Shown here one piece after another: positions 51,959-61,150 of a stretch of 64,000 bases of DNA. Origin of the DNA: Nageia nagi (taxonomy: Eukaryota; Plantae; Pinophyta); contig JBITNC010000001.1 in NCBI GenBank assembly GCA_050084985.1, positions 145,576,001 through 145,640,000 of the forward strand, given 5' to 3'. Within the stretch, counting starts at the first letter, position 1. Every line of letters starts with the position of its first letter. The position numbers and the translations under genes are program-made. The notes beneath the pieces were generated by a model. It searched no databases and was not told the origin of the DNA. It worked only from the letters and a program-made list of their open reading frames with translations.

Positions 51959-54900
51959 ATGGCTTCCAATAACAACTCCTTACAACTGTAAATTCCAAAA
52001 TTTAATGGTAAAAATTATGATTTCTATAGAATCCAAATGAATATATTATTTGGATCTCAAAATCTTTGGGAATTAGTTAAAAATGGTTTCACATAACCAG
52101 TAGATGTAGCAACACTCAATGCCCTTTCTCAAGCTGAGAAAGATTTGTTGAAAAGAAACAAAAAAAAATAAAATTAGAAGGCCCTATTCTACATCATCCA
52201 AGGAGTTGAAACAATTTTTTCATGTATTGCAACAACAACCAAATCAAAGTAAGCATGGAATATTTTGGCAAATTCCTTCCAAGGCACAAAGAAAGTAAAA
52301 ATGGTAAAAATGCAATTGTTAAAAAGCAAATTTGAAAGTCTACAAATGCATGAAGGTAAAACTATGAGTGAATTTTTCACCTGGAAAATGGGTATCATCA
52401 ATCAAATGAAAATGACTGGTGAGGATGTTGAAGAACAAAAAATTGTGGAAAAGATATGAAGGAGCCTACTAGCAAAATATGATTCCATTGTTTTTGCAAT
52501 TGAAGAATCAAAAGATTTGGCAACTCTTTTAGATGAGTTGATGGGTTCTTTACAAACTCATGAGCAAAGGCTGAACCGATCATCTCAACCATCATTGGAG
52601 CATGCATTCAAAACTCAATTGCCATTTAAAAAGGAGGAACACCAGCATGGATCTTCAAGTTTTCGTGGAAGAGGAAGATGAGGAAAAAATTATAAAGGTA
52701 GAGGGCATAGAGGTTGTGGAAGAGGAGGAAGAACCAACTTCTCCAACAATGAAGAAAGAATCAACAATTCATCACAATCAAGAGGCAAGGGTAGCAATAG
52801 ATGTCAACAAGGCAATTCAAATCCAAGGTATGAAAAATATCATATCTAATGCAATTATTGTAAAAAATTTGGACATTACATTCAAGAATGTAAGAAAAGA
52901 ACAACCAAAGAAGACAAGGAACAAGCCCATTACATAGATGAGCATGAAGTAAACATAGATGTAGGTGAATCAGTGATGCTTACTTGCAATGTAACTGAAG
53001 AAAGTCAAATAATCATATGGTATCTTGATAGTGGTTGTAGTAACCATATGTGTGGGAATAGAGAAACATTCTCAAACTTAGATAAATCTATTAAATATGA
53101 AGTAAAAATGGAAAACAATAGCAAGATACCTATCATAGGAAAAGGGAGGATTCTAGTTCACATAAAAAAAGAAGAAAAAAGATATATTCTTGATGTCTAT
53201 TACACACTTTGACTAAAACATAATTTACTAAGTATTAGACAACTTTTGGAAAAGGGACATACCATCAAATTTTAAGATAGAGCTTGCACCATCAAGGATA
53301 AAAGTAAAAAGGTTATAGCAAATGTGGGTATGACAAAAAATAAGATATTTTCTTTGAAAATCCAAAGTAAAATGTTGTTATCCTTTAATGCTATAGTGAA
53401 TGATACTACATGGTTGTAGCATCTAAGATATAAAAATCTTAGTTTTGGTGGCTTCAATTTGTTATACGAAAGGAAATAGTAAGAGGATTACGTCCTATAG
53501 AACAACCCCATCAAGAATGTGAAGGTTTTCTTGTTGGAAAATAACATAGAGACACATTCCCTAAAGGAATCTCATGGAGAGCCTCAAAACCATTAGAACT
53601 AGTGCATTCATACATATGTGGGCCTATGCAAAGCAATTCACTTGATAATTATAGGTTCTTATTGACTTTCATATATGATTATTATAGGAAAATATGTGTA
53701 TTCCTCCTAAAACACAAATTTGAAGCATTTGACAAGTTTAAGGAGTTCAAGGCTTTTGTTGAAAAGCAAAGTGGGCACCATGTAAAGACCTTAAGAATAG
53801 ATGGAGGAGGTGAATATATTTCCAATGAATTCCATGAATTTTGCAAAGAAATGGGATTAGAAGACAACTCACAAGTAGATATACATGATAACAAAATGAT
53901 GTTTCTGAGAGGAAAAACACAACCATTGTGGACATGGCTAGAAGCATGTTGAAGTAAAAAAAACCTACCAAAAGAATTTTGGATAGAAGTTGTACTATGT
54001 GCAATCTATATCTTAAATAGGTCCCCAATAAAAAGTGTAAAGAACCTGATCCCCCAAGAAGCATGGAGAAATAAAAATCCTTGTGTAGCCCACTTAAGAG
54101 TGTTTAGGTGCATAGCATATGCATATCTTCCAGAAGAAAAGAGAAGCAAACTTGATGATAGGGAAGAAAAAAGCATTTTCATTGGATATTGTGAGCTAGC
54201 CAAGGCTTACAAGTTTTATAATCCCATCACAAAGAAGCTGGTCATAAGTAAAGATGTATAATTCTTGCAAAATGGAGCTTGGAATTGGGATTCCAAGTTT
54301 GATTAACACATGATATTAAGATTTGAGATTCTAGATATAAATGAAGACCACTTATTTGAGCCTCCAAACAATCATATAAATATTGGCAATAGTCCTTCTT
54401 CATCAAATTAATCATCAATTTTTATGATGAGGTCCATTTCTTCCATGATGAAGACTCCAACAAAAACTAAGAGCTTGCAAGATATTTATGAGCTAACAAA
54501 CTCTCAAGTAGAAGATGAAGAGCATTCAAATTTTTCTTTATTCATGAAAAGTGATCCTATTTCATTTTAAAATGCAATTAATGATAAGAAATGGGTGCTA
54601 GTGATGAATAATGAAATAGATGCTATTGAAAGAAATCAAACTTGGGAGTTAGTTAATCTTCCACCAGGAAAGAAAATAATAGGAGTTAAATGGGTATACA
54701 AAATCAAATTCAATGCTCATGGTGATGTTGATAAACATAAAGCAAGGCTTGTTGCCAAAGGTTACAAACAAAAATTAGGTATTGATTATCATGATGTATA
54801 TGCACTTGTAGATAGACTTGACACAGTTAGAATGCTCTTAGCTTTGGAAGCCCAAAAAGGATGGCAAGTATTTCATATGGATGTCAAATCTACCTTAATG

Positions 54901-56110
54901 GAGTCTTAAAAGAAGAAGTTTATATTGACTAGTCACTTGGTTTTATATTGGAAGGGAAAGAAAATAAAATATAAAAACTCAAAAAGGCATTATATGGAAT
55001 CAAACAAGCCCCTAGGGCTTGGTATAGTAGGATTGACTCTTATTTTGCAGAAAATAGCTTCATCAAATGTCCCTATGAACACACTTTGTACATCAAAACT
55101 AATGCACAAGGAGAAATGCTTATCATTTATCTATATGTTGATGACTTGCTTTATACTAGAAATTGCAAAGTGTTGTTTGATCATTTTAGAGATGCAATGA
55201 AAACTAAGTTTGAAATGACATATATGGGCTTAATGAAGTACTTTCTTGACATTGAAGTTATCCAATCAGCTGATGGTATCTTCATCCATAAGAAAAATTA
55301 TGCAAGGGACATCTTGAAGAGTTTTGGTATGGAAAAAAATAAACCAACCAATACACCAATTGCTATAAGTTTGAAATTGAGCAAGGTGGATAGCAACAAC
55401 AGAGTGGATTCAACATTTTACAAGAGGTTAGTTGGTAGCCTTATGTATTTAACAGCCACTAGACTAGACATTCAATATGTAGTAAGTTTGATTAGTAGAT
55501 TCATGGAACAACCAAAATACACTCACTTGCAGGAAGGCAAAAGGATTCTCAAGTATGTCAATGGCACACAAGACCATGGAATTTTTTATATACTTGGAAA
55601 GCAACCTATTATTGTTGGATACACTACTAGTGATTGGGGTGGTAGTATTGATGATGGCAAGAGCACTTCAAGATACATTTTCCATCTTGGTTCAGGAGCA
55701 ATTTCTTGGTCATCCAAGAAACAACCTATAGTTGCACTCTCCACGGCTAAAGCAGAGTATGTTGTTGCCAAATCTGCTGCATGCCAAGTAATTTGGTTGA
55801 GAAGAATTCTTGGAGACCTGAATCATCACCAAACAGAGGCCACTAAGATATATTTTGACAACAAGTCAGCCATAGCACTATCCAACAATCCAGTGTTCCA
55901 TGGGAGAGACAAACATATTGATCTTTGTTATCACTTCATTCAAGAGCTAGTGAAAAAATCATGAAATTGAACTTTTATTTTGCAGGTCTAAAGATCAACT
56001 TGCTGACATATTTACCAAGCTTGAAAGCTGATGATTTCAACAAATTGAAGGATCTGTTAGGTGCAACTGCTTTTGGAAAATCTGGATTAAGAGAAGATGC
56101 TAGAAAGTAA
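51959..56110 (+). pseudogene. Copia gag-pol remnant
   Basis: MASNNNS..IPKFNGKNY. Zn knuckle CNYCKKFGHYIQEC. Protease WYLDSGCSNHM. Integrase 'KTLRIDGGGEY'. RT 'GVKWVYK...KARLVAKGY' and 'LYVDDLLY'. RNase H 'SDWGGSIDDGKSTS...KHIDL'. Several stops and frameshifts. Confidence 0.95.
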
Positions 56111-56183
56111 TTCAGATTTTGAATGCAACTTGTTTTTATTTTGATATTGTAAATGTCTTTGAGAAATTTGTCTTAAAGGAGGA

Positions 56184-56462
56184 TGTTGGACAATAATCCA
56201 AATTTTACTGTAGCCTTTAATTTTGGTGAACATCTATTTGTATTACGTACGAAAAGTAGATAGATATCTATGTTTTTCACTGTTTTAGTTTCTAGGGCTA
56301 GGTTTATTCTAGAAGTGTCTTCACCGCCAAAAGACATGGTATGGATGCTGTTTTGTTCTTGAACCTTCCTCCTTCTGGATTGATGAACCTGGGTATTCCT
56401 CATAAGGGGCTGAACGTTTGCAGACTTCAGAAATTGTGAGCTGGTTCTGGTTAAAGCAAACA
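56184..56462 (+). repeat. 3' LTR (279 bp)
   Basis: Follows the PPT; TGTTGG...AAACA. Confidence 0.95.
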
Positions 56463-56657
56463 TGGAGGATGAGTAGACAAAAGCATGATATCTGCCCAAT
56501 CTATTTTTTGGTCGTCTGAAGCAACGAAGGCCTGTCCATAGCCATCAAGCCCCTGGAATGCACACTTTAGCCTTTCTCCTAATGGAAGAAGAAAAAACTC
56601 CCTCACCACTTCCTTCATCCTTTTCATCAGAGACTCAGGGATCCCATGATTTACAAC
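56463..56657 (-). pseudogene. 2OGD exon 2, 5' part
   Basis: Acceptor GTAAAG; VVNHGIPESLMKRMKEVVREFFLLP...DGYGQAFVASDDQKIDWADIMLLSTHPP, then the LTR. Confidence 0.93.
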
Positions 56658-56717
56658 CTTTACACCACCAAAAAGAAATCATCAAATTATGCAACTAATG
56701 CGAAGGAAGTGATTTAC

Positions 56718-56990
56718 CTGGAAGAAGCCCCATTCTTGACAAGCAAGTGACAGTTTCTTCATCTCATTTCGCTTGCTATTGTCATTTAGGAATCTGGCCA
56801 TGTCAATTGTGGGTATGCTGCTACTGTTGTGATGGTAATGGTTTTGGAGAGATGGTCTTTCTTGTTCGGATCTGATATATCTGTCAGGGAGCGTTTGAAG
56901 AGACATGGCTGCCAATTTCTGCACAATGGGAACTTAGAACGCTTCCTGCTTTCCATCAGTTTGGCCCAATATATTGACTGCATTAAACAT
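56718..56990 (-). pseudogene. 2OGD exon 1 (stop at codon 19)
   Basis: MFNAVNILGQTDGKQEAF*VPIVQKLAAMSLQTLPDRYIRSE...CQEWGFFQ, donor GTAAAT, 60-nt intron 1. Confidence 0.9.
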
Positions 56991-57780
56991 TTTCTGAATC
57001 CTAGGACTTCGAGATTTCCGAGAACAAGGAGTTGTGAAGGAGGAGAGAAGGCAATGCTGGTAGTTTGTCTGATGTGTTCTTTTGCTTCTCTTTATTGATG
57101 AGTAGGCCTATTCTATGTATTTCTAACACTACGTCTTGTCGTGGAAAAGTTGACATAAGAAAAAGATGTCATACTTAATGAGGCTTATTCTTTCTTCACC
57201 ATTCTTAACCATTCTTATTGAGTGTAGAAAGGTGAATGGTGCGAGGGCGTTGTCTAAGGGAGGGGCGGCGTGAGTCGGTGAGATCTAAGAGCGTATTTAT
57301 CAATACTATGAATTGTGACGGCAAAGCTGATACAAAGAAAAATACATCATACTTTATGAAGTCTGTTTTTTATTTTAGAGTTCTTGATCTCAACGACTCT
57401 CATTTATTCCTTTGATTTTAATCTATTCCTTCCATGCACAAAACAATTGACTATATTCAATCTTCCTTTCAAATCCATCCACTTTTCAATTCGTATATTT
57501 TACAAATTAATTCTCATTAGCATCTCTTGGTGCCCATGTTTTACAAACAATTCCATTCTTAGTTGATTGAGATACATGTTATGTACAAGTTTACCCTTGA
57601 AGGTCGCATTGATCACTCTTAGTCATGGGAGGATGATAATAATGTTTTGCTTTCCTTTCATCTAGTTTTCAATATTTTGTATCTTTCGTTTCAATTAATA
57701 ATATTTTAGTATTTATATCTTTTACGTATTTATATCTTTCGTTTCAATCAATATTTATGTATCTTTTACATCCATCATTC

Positions 57781-57785
<5 letters not shown>

Positions 57786-57842
<57 letters not shown>
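57786..57842. repeat. (TA)28 microsatellite
   Basis: Perfect dinucleotide run. Confidence 0.99.
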
Positions 57843-57844
<2 letters not shown>

Positions 57845-58472
57845 TATTCGTTTCTTTTAAGTCAAACTATTTCACATATTTCAACTAGTTATTAATTTTA
57901 TCTTGCTAAATATTTTTATCTTTTTTAAATTCTATTGCTTTGAAGATAATGATTTTCCTTAAATAGATTCAAATTAAACATAAATAAGAATTGGATCAAC
58001 TAAAAATTCCAAATTCAAGTTGACTCAAAAAAATAAAATTAATTTGATTAAAAAATATTTAAGGCAAATGAGTTTATCATATTCCCAAAGAACAAAATAA
58101 AATATTTGATTCTTTAGTAAACTAGGCTCTTCATAAGGGAAACCTCACTTGTATGGAGATCCTCCCAAATTGACCACAATAAACAACCAAGCTCTACTTT
58201 CCATTCTATTTATTGTTGATATCAATATATATTCTTCCTAATTCTAAATAATATTATTTTTCTTTTTGTTATTTTTATTCATAGCTTATGTTTACATTTT
58301 CCTTACTAAGAGGAATGTTTGGTTGTTAGTTACAAATATTTGGTCAAAAAATCTCTAAACGTAAAAAACCATAGACGTATTTTTTTCCCAAAATAACTAA
58401 ATAACCTCTCTTTTTTAACTTAATAAAAGAATGTATAATCTAATATAACTTAAAGATCTTTATTAAATGGCT

Positions 58473-58560
58473 AAAAACTCATTCCTTTATCTCCCTTTTA
58501 ACTTCTCCCTTTATAAGGACAAAAATCATTCCTTTACCTCCCTTTTAACTTCACCCTTAT
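58473..58560. repeat. ~48-bp tandem duplication
   Basis: TCATTCCTTTA(T/C)CTCCCTTTTAACTTC occurs twice. Confidence 0.85.
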
Positions 58561-59680
58561 CTATAGCATTTTTAATAATCTTGTTGCATTTGGGCTTGAA
58601 ATACTAAGATTTTAAACCTTAGTAGATATGAAAGATCATAACTATCACAAAAGTCTTAGTAGTATTTTTGATATTAAAGTACCTCTAACATCCGCATCTA
58701 TTTTACTTCTAGCCATGCTTATTATTGTTCCCTTTATAATTTACACTAATTGTAACAATGTTTTTCTATTTTTTTTCATATGAATACCAATATATTTAGT
58801 GAATTTATTATTATAATAAGATTATGAATTATAGATTTACATAATATATTAAGCAAAAATATCTTGAATATGATAAATATCTTTATTTACCTTGAATAAA
58901 ATTAGTAACTCAATCTACCAAGATTCAAGATACTGAACTTTGATCATCATATCTTTGATTCACTACCATTTTTAAATAAATATAGTCATTGCATAAGATT
59001 TTACTGGCATATTTAATTAGCTAGAGAGTTGACCATATTTCATTTTGGTACCATACTTTCTAGGATGATGTTTAAAATGATTTAATATGATAATGGAGAT
59101 TATAGAATTTTTTTAATATCATAATCCATTCAATACTAAGTCAACCACATATAAGATTATTATTTCCTATCATTTTGATTTTTTTTCTCTAATTTTGGCA
59201 TTAAATGATATTTAGAGAAAAGTTATAGCTTTTATTATTTCTCAAAAATGTTGGATTAACTAAAGGTAATGTAATGGATAAGCTAACAAAGGTCAATTTA
59301 TTGATGGATATGTTAAATGATGCATCACATCATTAGATGGGCATCATATATACAAATGGAAATATTTTTTATTTAAACCATATTTATATATATTTTTTTA
59401 TGAATAGGAATTGGTCTTAGGCATCACACTTTAACAATTTCTAAAAATAATTAAAACATTAAAGATGATAACTTCTAGTATGCATTGTAAAAGAAAAGCA
59501 TCTCTTGAAGTAATTTATTTAATTATAGAAATGTAAATTAAGTAATGTATTCGTAGACATTTATTCTCTCTCTTCATCCTTTATATATTTTTTAAATGAT
59601 AATATAAGCTTCAAATGTGATTATTTTATCTTACAAGGATGAATTTATTATATTTTATGTTCAATAATAACATATTATCT

Positions 59681-59700
59681 TATATATATATATATATATA
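59681..59700. repeat. (TA)10 microsatellite
   Basis: Perfect dinucleotide run. Confidence 0.95.
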
Positions 59701-60499
59701 TTATAATATAATAATATCACCTGATATTAAATTCTATAATCTATTATCAAAAAGCTCATTTACAATCTTCTTTTCAATAATGGTATTAAATTTCATCTTA
59801 ACTACCATGTGAATATCCTAAATATTATTTTTTGCATTATGAATTTTAAAGATATAAGATTGGAATACAATATAATATTGACATTATTTATATAAATTTT
59901 AATTCTTAAATCTTTTATATAAGATATAGTCATCACTTCTGTTAGTTACATTAATATTGATTCTTGAGAGGACTACATAGATCATTAAAAAAGATATTGT
60001 TAATACATTACTAAATCAAGTAATATTAATCATGTATCATCAAGTACTATAATAATTAATTTGATTATATTAAATATAAATACATGGTAGTTATTATACA
60101 AAGACAATGGTATGTAGTACATGTTACAAAACTTATGAAAAAGTTACAATGATGGTGTAAATTTTTATAATAGAATAGTGAATATGCAATCAAAATATTA
60201 TGATAATAATATAATAATAATTGGTATACAATACATAATATGATGGTTTTATATCAATATTATTCATATAGACACCTAAATATGATTTCTTATTAATTAA
60301 TAAATCATATTCTAGTTATCTAAAAGGATAATTATCAATAATGCAGGAATAAAGATTAATGTACTATTAAAGTGTTATATAATGTGCCAGATTTAAAATC
60401 TTAAATTTGTAATCATACTTGTATCTATACATGTCTTGATATTACAACAACTATATTATTATTGGTATTATTAATGTTCACCTCTTTCTATGTATTTAA

Positions 60500-61150
60500 A
60501 AATATAAAAATATTTTAAAGCACTTCAAGATGGATGCAATTAGTTTTGAAAATATCAAATAAATCATCAACATAACATTCAACAATATCATCCATATAGT
60601 CATGAAAAATATAGGTCATTGCATGTTTGTAGGTGGTACCATCATTCTTTAAATCGAAGGGTATGAAATTATAGAAAATAGTTTCTAAGGATGTGGTGAA
60701 TGAAATTTTATGTTGGTTATCTTTTACAATATGAATTTCATTATAGCCATTAAAACCATCTATAAGTGAAAGCATTTCATGACCAAAAATTGCATCTATA
60801 ATATTTTCAATGCTAGGTAAGGGAAAATCATCTTTGGGATAAGTTTAAATATGAAGTACCCCAATTTTCTTAATGATAGGAAAAATATTTGACACCTATG
60901 TAGGATAGTCAATTTGTGTAATAAAACCTACATTCAAAAGATTTTGAAAATATTCTTTGACAAAGAAAGTAACTTTTAAATATATTTTTCTAAGTTTTTA
61001 CTTAATAGGTTTGGCAAATTCTTCAAGGAAAAGATTATAAACAACCAAGTTCAAGTATAACCCATGCATATCAGCATACATATAACTTTTAAAATATTAT
61101 TATACTTTTTAAGAAGTTTTTTAAATTGAATTTGTTCTTGTTTTGTTAAT
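60500..61150 (-). pseudogene. Tat/Ogre-type gypsy reverse transcriptase remnant
   Basis: 'PKDDFPLPSIENIIDA..GHEMLSLIDGFNGYNEI...FDLKNDGTTYKHAMTYIFHD...VECYVDDL'. Highly decayed pol-like sequence probably continues to ~58900. Confidence 0.85.

Larger units (their letters stand above)
51076..56462 (+). mobile_element. Ty1/copia LTR retrotransposon inserted antisense in 2OGD exon 2
   Basis: LTRs at 51076-51366 and 56184-56462 (TG...CA). PBS TGGTGTCAGAGC at 51370-51381. PPT AAAGGAGGA at 56175-56183. Flanks CGGTC and TGGAG, so no TSD. Confidence 0.95.
50226..56990 (-). pseudogene. 2-oxoglutarate/Fe(II)-dependent dioxygenase (DOXC class, SRG1-like) pseudogene; exons 56990-56718, 56657-56463 + 51075-51043 (split by copia), 50902-50578, 50480-50226
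   Basis: DIOX_N motifs 'LPDRYIRSEQERP', 'IPTIDM', 'ACQEWGFFQ|VVNHGIP', 'DGYGQAFV...QKIDWAD'. 2OG-FeII_Oxy motifs 'MRMNHYPP*P', 'GLSPH*D', 'NIGDKIE|VMSNG', 'SIEHRA', 'DRISIA'. Splice sites are in frame. Stops at 56934-56936, 50749-50751 and 50710-50712. Confidence 0.95.

Noticed and set aside
55086-55964. Longest ORF (292 aa) as a functional gene
   Set aside because: It is the RT/RNase H part of a copia pol that is frameshifted on both sides.
56682-56924. Rescue of the 2OGD by a downstream start, or by splicing out the copia
   Set aside because: Two further stops in exon 3, one inside HxD, and the frameshift at the insertion site would still abolish the protein.
57000-57330. Specific promoter elements (ACGT core, TTGAC) upstream of the 2OGD
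   Set aside because: The motifs are too short to distinguish from chance, and I see no clear TATA box.
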